Shown one piece after another: positions 20,680 through 29,924 of a stretch of DNA of 64,000 bases. The notes under the pieces were generated by a model. It ran no database searches. It was not told the DNA's origin and was given only the letters and a program-made list of their open reading frames with translations. The translations under genes and the position numbers were made by a program. This stretch comes from an uncultured Chloroflexia bacterium (GTDB lineage: Bacteria; Chloroflexota; Limnocylindria; QHBO01): positions 160,001-224,000 of the forward strand of contig CAWHAZ010000005.1 of the NCBI GenBank assembly GCA_963827475.1. The letters are read 5' to 3'. The first letter of the stretch is position 1, and each line of letters begins with the position of its first letter.

Positions 20680-20862
20680 CGCTCTCGGGGCGGGGTGAAA
20701 CTCCCCACCGGCGGTCGGTCCGACTGAGTCGGGCCAGCCCGCGAACCCCCTGAGGCCGGCGGCTGCGGAGAGGGCCACCGGAACCACCTCGCGGGGCCGA
20801 CCTGACCCCGGCATCAGCCGGGCAGACAGGGCCGACGGTCACAGTCCGGAAGGGAGAGGGCG
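20680..20862 (+). ncRNA. FMN riboswitch (atypical, expanded)
   Basis: GGGGCGGGGTGAAACTCCCCACCGGCGGT...AGCCCGCGA...GCCGACGGTCACAGTCCGGAAGGGAGAG; P1 CGCTCTC/GAGGGCG; upstream of a RibXY-type ABC importer. Confidence 0.85.
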
Positions 20863-20988
20863 AGCACGAGGCGTTCCTCCGACGACCCGCGAGACCGATC
20901 GGCGCTGCGCGCAGACCGGGAACCCGCGGCTTGACGGACCGATGCCTCGCCGCTCCCACGCCCCGTGGCGCTGGCGCATGGGAGACCA

Positions 20989-21822
20989 ATGGCGAGCGAA
21001 CGGGAATCCGGTCCGGCGATCACGATCGAGGACCTGACCGTCACCTTTTCCGGCCCCTCAGGGGCGCTCACCGCCCTGGACGGGGTGAGCGGGGAGGTGG
21101 CCGGCGGGGAGCTGCTGGCGGTCATCGGTCCGAATGGCTCCGGCAAGTCCACCCTGCTGCGGGCGCTCGCCGGGCTGCTGCCACCGTCCGCGGGGCGCAT
21201 CGGTCTGGCGCCCGATGGGTCACCGCCGCGCGCCGGCGACGGCCGGGTCGGGCTCGTCTTCCAGCAGCCGCGGCTCCTCGGCTGGCGCGACACGCTCGAC
21301 AACGTCACCCTCCCGCTCGAGCTGGACGGCATGCCCGCCGCCGAGCGCCGCCAGGCGGGGGAGCGGGCGCTGGCCCAGGTCGGGCTGTCGGACGCGGCCG
21401 ATCTCCGGCCTCGCGAGCTCTCCGGCGGGATGCAGCAACGCGTCGCCCTGGCACGGTCGCTCGTCACCGACCCGCCGATCCTGCTCCTCGACGAGCCGTT
21501 CAGCGCCCTCGACGCCCTGACCCGCGACGCGTTCGACGCCCAGCTCGAGGCGCTGTGGCTGGCCGACCGGCGGACCGTGGTCCTGGTCACCCACTCGGTC
21601 AACGAGGCCGTCCGGCTGGCGGACCGGATCTGGGTCCTGACCCCGCGTCCGGGGCGGGTGGGGGCGGACATCCCCGTTCCGCTGCCGCGCCCCCGACCGG
21701 CCAGTGCCACGGCGGACCCGGCGGCGGCGGACATCGAGGCCCGGGTTCGCGCCGCGCTGGCATCGGTCCACGCTCCCGAGCTGGAGGGCTGGGCCGAGGA
21801 GGGGCCCCGGGTGGCGGCATGA
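20989..21822 (+). CDS. ABC transporter ATP-binding protein (TauB/SsuB type), probable flavin uptake
   Basis: GPNGSGKST, LSGGMQQR, LLLDEPFSALD, LVTH. Confidence 0.92.
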   Translation: MASERESGPAITIEDLTVTFSGPSGALTALDGVSGEVAGGELLAVIGPNGSGKSTLLRALAGLLPPSAGRIGLAPDGSPPRAGDGRVGLVFQQPRLLGWRDTLDNVTLPLELDGMPAAERRQAGERALAQVGLSDAADLRPRELSGGMQQRVALARSLVTDPPILLLDEPFSALDALTRDAFDAQLEALWLADRRTVVLVTHSVNEAVRLADRIWVLTPRPGRVGADIPVPLPRPRPASATADPAAADIEARVRAALASVHAPELEGWAEEGPRVAA

Positions 21823-22571
21823 GCGCGGTCCTGCGACGGTTGGGCCTGATCGCGCTGAGCGCGGTCGGGTTCCTGCTCGTCTGGCAGCTGGTGGTGGTGA
21901 TCGGTGACTACCCCGAGTACATCCTGCCGTCCCCACAGGTCGTTGGCGCCCGCGCGGTGGAGGCGATCCAGAACGGGACCCTCCAGCCGCACCTGGCGGC
22001 GACGCTGGAGGAGAGCGTCATCGGGTTCGCGGTCGGTGCCGCGACGGCGATCGCGATCGGCATCCTGCTGGCCAAGAGCCTGACCGCCGAGCGGGTCCTG
22101 TCGCCGTACCTCGTCGCCGCCCAGGCCATCCCCATCCTCGCCCTGGCCCCACTGATCGACATCTGGTTCGGTGGCGGCCTGACGGCGAGGGTCGTGATCT
22201 GCGCCCTGATCGTGTTCTTCCCGATCGCGATCGCGACCATGGTCGGCATCCGCGGCACCGACCCGCTGCTGGTCGAGATGGCGCGCGCGAACGGCGCCCG
22301 TGGTCCGCAGATCACCCGACTGCTCGAGGTCCCGTCGGCCATGCCCGTCCTGTTCGGCGGGCTGCGGGTGGGGGTGACCCTGGCGGTCATCGGCGCCGTC
22401 GTCGCGGAGTGGGCTGGGGCCAGCGTGGGGCTGGGCGTCCTGATCAACATCGCCGACCAGGGCCTGTTCGACACCCCGCTCATGTTCGTGGCCCTCGGCT
22501 CCCTGGCCCTGCTCGGCCTGACCTTCTACGCCGTCGTCGTCGGCGCCGAACGCGTCCTCGTCCCCCGATGA
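21819..22571 (+). CDS. ribX: ABC permease (RibX-like)
   Basis: ILPSP, QAIPILALAPL, FFPIAIAT, AVIGAVVAEW; in an FMN-riboswitch operon. Confidence 0.7.
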   Translation: MSAVLRRLGLIALSAVGFLLVWQLVVVIGDYPEYILPSPQVVGARAVEAIQNGTLQPHLAATLEESVIGFAVGAATAIAIGILLAKSLTAERVLSPYLVAAQAIPILALAPLIDIWFGGGLTARVVICALIVFFPIAIATMVGIRGTDPLLVEMARANGARGPQITRLLEVPSAMPVLFGGLRVGVTLAVIGAVVAEWAGASVGLGVLINIADQGLFDTPLMFVALGSLALLGLTFYAVVVGAERVLVPR

Positions 22572-22588
22572 ACCCCGAAAGGAAACCG

Positions 22589-23618
22589 ATGCGCCCTCGC
22601 TCCCACTCCCTGGCCGTCGCGGCACTCATGCTCGCGGTGGTCGCCTGTACGCCGACCGCGTCCCCGAGCCCCAGCGACCTCGCGGAGCCATCCGCATCGG
22701 CATCCGCGTCGTCCGCCGGGCCGCTGCGAGAGGTCCGCCTCCTGCTCGGGTTCCGCCCGGACGTCCAGTTCGCCCCGTTCTACCTCGCCCAGCAGGAGGG
22801 CTTACTTCGCCGAGGCGGGGCTGGAGGTCAGCATCGAGCATGCCGACGGCGGGGAGCTCATCCGCCTGGTGGCCGACGGCCAGGCCGAGTTCGGGGTGGC
22901 CGACGCCACCGACGTCATGATCGCGCGAACCGCCGCCATCCCGGTCACCTACGTCTCCACCCTCTACCAGTTCTTCCCGGTGGCGCTCATCGGCCCGACC
23001 GGCTCGGTCCCGTCGGACCCTGCCGACCTGGCGGGCCTGACCATTGGCACGCCCGGGCGGTTCGGCTCCTCGTGGCACGCCCTGCTCGCCCTGCTGGATG
23101 CCGGTGGGCTCACGCCGGACGACGTCACGATCCGCGCGTACCCGCAGTTCAACCAGGTGGAGGGGCTGCTGAACGGCGACGTCGACCTCATCACCGGCTT
23201 CCGCAACAACGAGCCGCTCCGACTGGGCGCAGAAGGCATGGAGACCGACCTGCTGACCGTCGATGACGTGGCACCGCTGCCGGGGCCGGGCGTGATCGTG
23301 GGTGACGAGCTGCTCGCTACGGACGCCGACCTGGCGCGTGCCTTCGCGTCGGCGGTGGTGGCGGCCCAGCAGGCCATCGTCGAGGACCCCGAATCGGGAC
23401 TCCGCGCGGCCGTGAACGCGATCCCGACTCTTTCCGAGGACGAGGCGACGGCCCTCGCCGTGCTGGAGGCCACGATTCCGATCTGGCTCGGCTCAGGGTC
23501 CGCGGTGGACGGGATCATCAACGAGCCCGCCTGGGAGAGCGGCTACCAGATCATGCTCGACCTGGCGTTCATCGACGGTTCGGTCCCGCTGGAGGAGATG
23601 TTCGTCAACCTCCAATGA
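22589..23618 (+). CDS. ribY: ABC substrate-binding lipoprotein (NMT1/THI5, RibY-like), frameshift near 22800
   Basis: Lipobox VVAC, LGFRPDVQFAPFYLAQ, GTPGRFGSS, GFRNNEP. Confidence 0.7.
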
Positions 23619-24348
23619 GGAAGACGACGCCGGTCACCACGAGGACGACCTCGATGACGGCGATGAAGATCCGCTCGGACATCCGATCCACGATCCGCTT
23701 GCCGATCCAGGTGCCGGTGAGCATGGCCGGCACCATCAGCAGGCCAAGCGCCCCCATGAACGGGGTCAGGATCGCCGCGATGCCGTAGGCGACCAGCTTC
23801 GCCACCTGCATGACCACGCTGGCGGCCGCCTCGGTACCGATGTAGGCGCTCTTCACCAGCCCGGCGGCGAGGAAGAAGGGAGCCATGATCGGACCGATGG
23901 ATCCGACCAGGGCCGACGCAAAGGCGAAGACCGCACCGATGACGGTGAACGTCCGCGGGCCGAGGACGCCGGACGGCCGCGGCCGGAGGTGGCGCCACGC
24001 CACCGACGCCAGCAGGAATGCGCCGATGAGCCGGGTCAACGCCTCCAGCGGGGCGGCGGCGAACAGGAATCCGCCGATCAGCGCGGCCGGGATGCCGCCC
24101 AGCGCGAACCAGCCGACGATTTGCCACGAGATCGAGCCACGGTTGAGGGCCACCCGTGATCCGTTGCTCACCAGGCCGGCGACGGCCAGGATGGGGATCG
24201 CATCGCGAGGCCCGAACAGGGCGACCAGGATCGGGAGCAGGATGGCGGCACCGCCGAAGCCGGCGACCGCGGCCACGATGCTGGCCACGAACGCGCCGGC
24301 CAGCAGCAGCGCCACCTCGGGCAGGTACTCGATGACGGAATCCGCCAT
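23605..24348 (-). CDS. TauE/SafE-family membrane transporter
   Basis: [13 protein letters not shown] and a duplicated multi-TM architecture. Confidence 0.85.
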   Translation of the reverse strand: MADSVIEYLPEVALLLAGAFVASIVAAVAGFGGAAILLPILVALFGPRDAIPILAVAGLVSNGSRVALNRGSISWQIVGWFALGGIPAALIGGFLFAAAPLEALTRLIGAFLLASVAWRHLRPRPSGVLGPRTFTVIGAVFAFASALVGSIGPIMAPFFLAAGLVKSAYIGTEAAASVVMQVAKLVAYGIAAILTPFMGALGLLMVPAMLTGTWIGKRIVDRMSERIFIAVIEVVLVVTGVVFLIGG

Positions 24349-24357
24349 CGGTATCGG

Positions 24358-25221
24358 TCAGGCGCGCGAGGGAGATGCCGCCAGGCGCTCCGCGGCGGTG
24401 ACGACCTGGTCGAGGAGCATGATCGTGGTCACCGGCCCGACGCCGCCGGGGACCGGGGTGATCGCCGCCACGACCGGCTGCACCCGCTCGAAGTCGACGT
24501 CGCCGACCACGCCGTCCGGGGTGACGTTGATGCCGCAATCCACGACCACGGTGTCGGCATGCACGTGCTCCGGACCGATGAGGCCCGGCTTGCCGACGGC
24601 CACCACCAGGATCTCCGCCTGCTGGGTTTCGGCGACGACGTCCTCCGTCTCGCTGTGGGCGACCGTCACCACCGCCCCGTGGTTGGCCAGCAGGGCGGCC
24701 GTCGGCTGGCCGACGACCTTCGAGCGGCCGACGACCACCACCCGGCGCCCCGTGATCGACACCTGGTGATGCTCGAGGATCTCGAGCACGGCCACCGCGG
24801 TGGCCGGCACGAACCCCTCCTCGCCATGTGCAAGCCGGTCGGCGTTGACCGGGCTCGCGCCGTCCACGTCCTTGGCCGGGTCGACGAGCGCTCCGATGGC
24901 GTCCGGATCGAGGTGGGCCGGCACCGGATAGATGACGACGATGCCGGTCACCGCGCCGTCCGCGTTCAGGGCGGCCATCGCGGACGCCGCTCCGGTCAGG
25001 TCGACGTCATCCGCCAGGCGGACGTCCGACGGGTGCACCCCGATGGCGCTGGCCGCGCGCGCGAGGCTCTGCGCGTAGTGGACCTCCGGTCCGGTGTCCG
25101 CGAAGCGGACGATGGCGAGACCGGGCGGCCGTGCTTCCGCGGTCAGGGTGGCGACCCGTTCCGTCAGCTCCGCGCGGCGGCGCGCCGCGATCGAGCGGCC
25201 CTCGAGGATCCGGCCACTCAT
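24358..25221 (-). CDS. folD: Methylene-THF dehydrogenase FolD (cyclohydrolase residues degenerate)
   Basis: [43 protein letters not shown]. Confidence 0.92.
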   Translation of the reverse strand: MSGRILEGRSIAARRRAELTERVATLTAEARPPGLAIVRFADTGPEVHYAQSLARAASAIGVHPSDVRLADDVDLTGAASAMAALNADGAVTGIVVIYPVPAHLDPDAIGALVDPAKDVDGASPVNADRLAHGEEGFVPATAVAVLEILEHHQVSITGRRVVVVGRSKVVGQPTAALLANHGAVVTVAHSETEDVVAETQQAEILVVAVGKPGLIGPEHVHADTVVVDCGINVTPDGVVGDVDFERVQPVVAAITPVPGGVGPVTTIMLLDQVVTAAERLAASPSRA

Positions 25222-25880
25222 CCGGCGATCCGCTGCCGGACCGCCGCGAGCGCCTCGGTCTCCCGGGCGGCCACCACCGACTCCAGCTCGGCGAGCTTCT
25301 TGGCTGCGTCGGATCGCAGCGCGTGCTCCTGGGGCAGGGCCGGGAGGTTGATGGCCACGTTGAAGGCCGCTCCCCGCGCCGCCGCGGCTGCGAACAGGGC
25401 GGCGACCCCGGCGTCGCTGATCGCGTTGCGATTGCCGATGGGAGCCATGCGGGAGGCGAGGTCCAGGACGTCGACGGCCAGGCGCATGACCCGCAGCGGC
25501 ACCTCGGTCGCGGCCACCGACGCCTCGGCGATGGCGGCGGTGCGGGCCGTCCGCTCCTCATCGGTTTCCCGCGGCAGCCGGCGTGCGTCGGCGACGCGGT
25601 CGTACGCCGCGGCGTCCTCCTCGGCAGCGTCCAGCAGCGCGATCCGCAGCTCGCCGGCCGCGGTCCTGATCTGTCTGGCGATGGGATCGACCGCGTCGTA
25701 TCCCGCGCGACCGGCGGTCAGCTCGCAGACCATCTCCACCAGTGCCGCAGCCAGCGCCCCGCCCAGCGCGCTCGCGCTCCCCCCTCCCGGGGTGGGCGCA
25801 CGCGAGGCGAGTCGCTCGGTCAGGTCACGAACGGTCAGCTCGGCCAGCGACGGTCCTGAGGGTGATACGGGGCTGCTCAT
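25218..25880 (-). CDS. fchA: FTCD_C cyclodeaminase/cyclohydrolase family protein (FchA-like)
   Basis: LASRAPTPGGGSASAL, DAAAY, EVPL, GNRNAISD, NVAINL; overlaps the folD start (ATGA). Confidence 0.75.
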   Translation of the reverse strand: MSSPVSPSGPSLAELTVRDLTERLASRAPTPGGGSASALGGALAAALVEMVCELTAGRAGYDAVDPIARQIRTAAGELRIALLDAAEEDAAAYDRVADARRLPRETDEERTARTAAIAEASVAATEVPLRVMRLAVDVLDLASRMAPIGNRNAISDAGVAALFAAAAARGAAFNVAINLPALPQEHALRSDAAKKLAELESVVAARETEALAAVRQRIAG

Positions 25881-25976
25881 CGGCAGCCGATTGTAGGGGC
25901 AGGCATGTGGATGCCCGGCGGGCCCGCGGGAGAGGGGACGCGGCGCCCACCGGGCGGCTGATTGGGAACCCGGGTT

Positions 25977-26240
25977 CTAGGCGGCGGCGTCCAGGGCGTC
26001 GACGAACCAGCGCCGGCGGCGCGCGTCGAAGACCAGCTCCAGTGACTCGCCCGAATCGACCTCCACCACCACCGTCAGGCGAGGCGAGCTGCCCGCCGGG
26101 TAGGCCGCGCGTTCGTCACGGACGGCGCCCACCCGGGTCACCTGCAGGTCGCGGTCCGCGAACCGGACCCGTGCCGGGACGGCACGCCGGGCATCCCATG
26201 CCACGGAGGCCGCGACCGGGGTGATGGAGACGAGTGCCAT
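25977..26240 (-). CDS. Small (87 aa) DUF6504/ImuB C-terminal-like protein
   Basis: PARVRFADRDLQV...GESLELVFDARRRRWFVDALD pattern; own SOS-boxed promoter. Confidence 0.6.
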   Translation of the reverse strand: MALVSITPVAASVAWDARRAVPARVRFADRDLQVTRVGAVRDERAAYPAGSSPRLTVVVEVDSGESLELVFDARRRRWFVDALDAAA

Positions 26241-26247
26241 GCCCCGC

Positions 26248-26276
26248 ACAATACGAACAAATGTTCTAGTTGTCAA
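26248..26276 (-). promoter_or_regulatory. Sigma-70 promoter with LexA (SOS) box in the spacer
   Basis: TTGACA(26276..26271)-17 nt-TATTGT(26253..26248); GAACaaatGTTC at 26255..26266. Confidence 0.85.
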
Positions 26277-27447
26277 GGGGTCGGTCGGAGAACCGCCGAT
26301 CCGGTGCGTCACGGAGGAGACGGGCTCGGGTGATCGCCTTGTCGCCGAACTTGTCGCGGACGGCATCGGTCGCCTCGGCCAGGCGCTGGACGCGCGGCCC
26401 GTCCTCGAACAGGGTCAGCTGCTGGGCGTTCGCCAGGGAGATGGCGGTGATCCCGATCAGCCGGACCGCCCGCCCCGGTTCGAGGGCCCTGTCCAGCAGC
26501 CGACGGGCGGCATCCAGGATGAGCTGCCCGTCGGTCGTCGGGTGCGGGAGGTGGGTCTGGCGGGTGAGGGTCTCGAACCCCTCGTACCGCAGCTTCAGCT
26601 GGACCCCGCCGGCGGCCATCCCATGCCGCCGCAGCCGGCTGGCCACCGACTCGGCGATCCACAGCAGCGTCCCGTCCAGGCCGGACCGATCGGTGACATC
26701 GGTGGTGAAGGTGTGCTCGTGACCGATGGACTTCGGCGCCTGCCCGGAGGTGACCCGCGACCGATCGATGCCCCGCGCCCGTTGCCCGAGCTCGAGGCCC
26801 ATCCGCCCGAAGCGCCGGCGCAGGGTCTCGTCCGGCACGGCCGCCAACTGGCCGATGGTCGTGACCCCGTAGTCGGCCAGCGCCTGCCGGACGCGCGGCC
26901 CGACGCCCCACAACCGGGTCACCGGCAACGGCGCGAGAAACTCCGCCTCCTCCCCGGGCGGGACGATCACCAGCGCGTCCGGCTTACGCAGGTCGGAGGC
27001 GACCTTGGCCACCAGCTTGTTGGTCGCCACCCCGACGCTGACCACCAGGCCAACCTCGTCGCGGACCCGTGTCTTGAGCGCCTGGCCGATGGTCGGCCCA
27101 TCCCCGGCCGGTGCGCCGGTGACGTCGAGAAACGCCTCGTCCATGCTGATCGGCTCCACCAGCGGGGTGTAGTCGTCGAAGACGCCCATCACCTGGCGGC
27201 TGACCTCGGCGTACCGCTCGAACCGGCCCGGCAGGAACGCGGCCTGTGGGCACAGCCGGGCCGCGGTCCGCAGCGGCATGGCGGAGTGGACCCCGAACGC
27301 GCGCGCCTCGTAGGACGCGGCGCTGACCACGCCCCGATCGTCCCGCCGCCCGCCGACGATCACCGGCCGCCCGACGAGCGAGGGATCGTCGAGGACCTCG
27401 ACCGACGCGTAGAACGCGTCCATGTCGGCGTGGATGATCGTGCGCAT
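26266..27447 (-). CDS. dinB: DNA polymerase IV
   Basis: HADMDAFYASVE, SYEAR, ISMDEAFLD, LWGVG, KSIGHEHTF, clamp-binding motif QLTLF. Confidence 0.95.
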   Translation of the reverse strand: MRTIIHADMDAFYASVEVLDDPSLVGRPVIVGGRRDDRGVVSAASYEARAFGVHSAMPLRTAARLCPQAAFLPGRFERYAEVSRQVMGVFDDYTPLVEPISMDEAFLDVTGAPAGDGPTIGQALKTRVRDEVGLVVSVGVATNKLVAKVASDLRKPDALVIVPPGEEAEFLAPLPVTRLWGVGPRVRQALADYGVTTIGQLAAVPDETLRRRFGRMGLELGQRARGIDRSRVTSGQAPKSIGHEHTFTTDVTDRSGLDGTLLWIAESVASRLRRHGMAAGGVQLKLRYEGFETLTRQTHLPHPTTDGQLILDAARRLLDRALEPGRAVRLIGITAISLANAQQLTLFEDGPRVQRLAEATDAVRDKFGDKAITRARLLRDAPDRRFSDRPLDN

Positions 27448-27462
27448 CGGGTTCGAATCCCG

Positions 27463-28614
27463 TCAGTCGGTGCCGGGGTACCGATCGTAGGCGCTCCGTC
27501 CGAGGAGCGGCAGGAGCCGGGCGCCCTCCGCTTCGAGCGCGTCGCGGTCCTTCGCCTTCAGGCGGCCGAAGGGCCGAAGCTCGAGCCGCGGCCCGTCGTC
27601 CGTGATCTGCTTGGGCAGCCACGTCCCGGCCACGGTCCCGTCGACGAGAAAGGTGGGCAGCACGTCGGCGTTCTTGGTGATGACCGCGGCCTGGTGGGCA
27701 GCGGGCAGGACCCGGGCGCGGTGTTTCGTCTCGTAGGCGAGCAACAGGCTGTCCCACCGGGCGAGGAGGCGTGGCGGGGCGGGCGTGTCGGGGTCGGGCC
27801 GGGGCGCCTTCGGCAGGTCGACCAGGGTCCGCCCGCCCTCATCGACGAACTCGACGAGCTCCTCGGCCATGGCCTTCACCACGGCGCGCCAGCGACCGAC
27901 ATTTCGACCACGGCCCACATAGGCGACGAGGTCTTCGACGCTGGCCGGCCCGAACGCGGCCAGGTACCGCCGGGCCAGGTAGGCGGCCGCGCGGTCCGGG
28001 TCAGCGTCCTCGGGACTGGGCGGCCCGAGCCACTCCTCGGCGGGGAGGTAGCGGGCCCGCCCGTACCGCTCACCGGCATACGGGACTTGGATCAGCGGCA
28101 CGGTTCCGCTGAAGTGGCGCCACAACGGACGGTAGGGCGGGATCTCCGTCCGCCCCATCTCCGCCCGCAGGATGGTCTCGATCTCGTTGATCGCCAGCGG
28201 CCGCTCGGCCATGGACGCCAGGACGGCGGGGTGACCCCGAGCGATGCGCTTTCCAAGTGGCGAGGACACCGGGTCACGCTTGAACAAGAGCCGCCACTGG
28301 TCGAGGCGGAACGGGTGGGTCAGCGTCGCCATCGGCCAGTAGTCCGCCGCGCTGACGACGTGGACCGTCATCCGCATCAGCGGCGCCCGGACGATCGTCT
28401 TCCTGGCCCGTGCCCGCGCCAGGTCGACCGGCTTCGCCCGCGCAGCGAGGCGGCTGTGCAGGGCGAACGGCGGCCAGTCCGGGTGCTGGGCCTGGAGCGA
28501 GCCGGCCCGCTCCACCAGCCGCGCGACCGGCGCGCCTGTCAACGGTTCGAGCAGGCCCTGGCGGGCCAGCGTCGCCCGATTCAGAGCCTGGAGAGTGAGG
28601 ATTGGCGGAGACAT
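27463..28614 (-). CDS. AlkZ/YcaQ-family (HTH_42) interstrand-crosslink DNA glycosylase, QxQ type
   Basis: LNRATLARQGLL, SLQAQ, LMRMTVH, RYLAAFGPAS, LLARWDSLLL, VDGTVAGTW. Confidence 0.85.
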   Translation of the reverse strand: MSPPILTLQALNRATLARQGLLEPLTGAPVARLVERAGSLQAQHPDWPPFALHSRLAARAKPVDLARARARKTIVRAPLMRMTVHVVSAADYWPMATLTHPFRLDQWRLLFKRDPVSSPLGKRIARGHPAVLASMAERPLAINEIETILRAEMGRTEIPPYRPLWRHFSGTVPLIQVPYAGERYGRARYLPAEEWLGPPSPEDADPDRAAAYLARRYLAAFGPASVEDLVAYVGRGRNVGRWRAVVKAMAEELVEFVDEGGRTLVDLPKAPRPDPDTPAPPRLLARWDSLLLAYETKHRARVLPAAHQAAVITKNADVLPTFLVDGTVAGTWLPKQITDDGPRLELRPFGRLKAKDRDALEAEGARLLPLLGRSAYDRYPGTD

Positions 28615-28665
28615 CGGTCGCGCTCCAGCCTAGCGGCCGCGTCGCGGCCGCCATCGGTCAGGTGG

Positions 28666-29328
28666 TCAGAGCTTGCGAATGACGCCGACGACCTTGCCCT
28701 GGATCTGGAGGTCGGTGGCGTAGATCGGTTCGAGCTCCGCGTTGGCCGGCTGGAGGCGAATCCGTCCGTCCTCGCGGTAGAACCGCTTGAGGGTGACCCC
28801 GTTGTCCTCCAGCAGCGCGACGACGATATCCCCGTCCTGCGCGGTGGCCTGCGGCTGGACGATGACGAAGTCGCCGTCGTCGATCAGGGCATCCACCATG
28901 CTCTTGCCGCGGACGCGCAGGACGTACGAGTCCTCGCGGGCCTGCAGCGAGCGCGGCACGTCCATGGGCTCCGGGTCCTGGTAGGCCTCCATCGGCTGGC
29001 CGGCGGCGATCTCGCCCACGAGAGGGAGCCGGATGACCTCGTGCTCGACCGGCATCCGGAACGGCGTGACCCGACCCCGGGCGCTCGGCGGCGGCGCGAT
29101 CATGGCCTCCCCGGCAGGCGTCAGGCGAAGGGCGCGCGACGAGCGGCCGCCCCGCTCGAGCTGGCCGGCGCGCTCGAGGGCGACCAGGTGGTGATGGACG
29201 GCCGACGTCGACGCCAGCCCGACCGCCTCCGCGATCTCGCGGACCGATGGCGGGTAGCCCCGCTCGGCGACGGTCCGGTGGATGAACTCGATGATGCGCC
29301 TGCGGCGCTCCGCGTCGTGCCGGGTCAC
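28666..29328 (-). CDS. lexA: SOS repressor LexA
   Basis: GYPPSVREIAEAVGLASTS, cleavage site IAAGQP, catalytic GKSM and TLKRF. Confidence 0.97.
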   Translation of the reverse strand: MTRHDAERRRRIIEFIHRTVAERGYPPSVREIAEAVGLASTSAVHHHLVALERAGQLERGGRSSRALRLTPAGEAMIAPPPSARGRVTPFRMPVEHEVIRLPLVGEIAAGQPMEAYQDPEPMDVPRSLQAREDSYVLRVRGKSMVDALIDDGDFVIVQPQATAQDGDIVVALLEDNGVTLKRFYREDGRIRLQPANAELEPIYATDLQIQGKVVGVIRKL

Positions 29329-29334
29329 CGGGGC

Positions 29335-29364
29335 AGCCTAACAGAACACCTGTTCTAGTGTCAA
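29335..29364 (-). promoter_or_regulatory. Leaderless lexA promoter with autoregulatory SOS box
   Basis: TTGACA(29364..29359)-18 nt-TAGGCT(29340..29335)-6 nt-GTG; GAACacctGTTC at 29344..29355. Confidence 0.85.
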
Positions 29365-29387
29365 TCTCGGTGCTATCATCCGCGCCC

Positions 29388-29924
29388 ATGCTTCGTCCCG
29401 GCCGGTGGCGCTACCTGCGCTCCGCCAAAGTCATGCTCCAGCTGCCCACCTACGCCCGCCTGGTGTGGGGACTCGCTCGCGATGCCCGCACGCCGATCGG
29501 CCTGAAGCTGCTGCTCGGCGCCGCGCTGACCTACGTGGTCACCCCGGTCGACCTGATCCCGGACGTGGTGCCCATCCTCGGGCACGCCGACGACCTGACC
29601 GTCCTGCTCCTGGTCCTCGACCTGTTCATCAGCAATGCGCCGGTCGCGGTTCGGGAGGAGCACTTGGCACGAGCCCGGACGGGTGAGGGCCAGCTGGACG
29701 AGGATCTGGCCCAGCTGCGTGTCCTGCTGGGTGATCGGTTCGACCGGATCCGCGACAACCTGCCGCTGCTGCTCGAACGGTTCGGTGCGCTGGGGGACTC
29801 CGACGCCGTCAAGCGCCAGATCGGCGAATGGCGGTCGGCGCGGAGCCGGCCGGCTCGGTCCAGGGCCCGGCGGTCCAGGCCCGCGAAGTCCGGGCCGGCG
29901 CAGACCACAGTGGAGGCGGAATGA
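29388..29924 (+). CDS. DUF1232 (YkvA) family protein
   Basis: LARDARTP, ALTYVVTPVDLIPDVVPILGHADD. Confidence 0.85.
   Translation: MLRPGRWRYLRSAKVMLQLPTYARLVWGLARDARTPIGLKLLLGAALTYVVTPVDLIPDVVPILGHADDLTVLLLVLDLFISNAPVAVREEHLARARTGEGQLDEDLAQLRVLLGDRFDRIRDNLPLLLERFGALGDSDAVKRQIGEWRSARSRPARSRARRSRPAKSGPAQTTVEAE

Noticed and set aside
27448-27462. CGGGTTCGAATCCCG, a tRNA T-arm-like hairpin filling the whole alkZ-dinB spacer
   Set aside because: No acceptor, D or anticodon arms; both flanks are coding; no integrase or second copy to support an att site
26221-29358. 1045-aa plus-strand ORF
   Set aside because: Antisense shadow of dinB/alkZ/lexA
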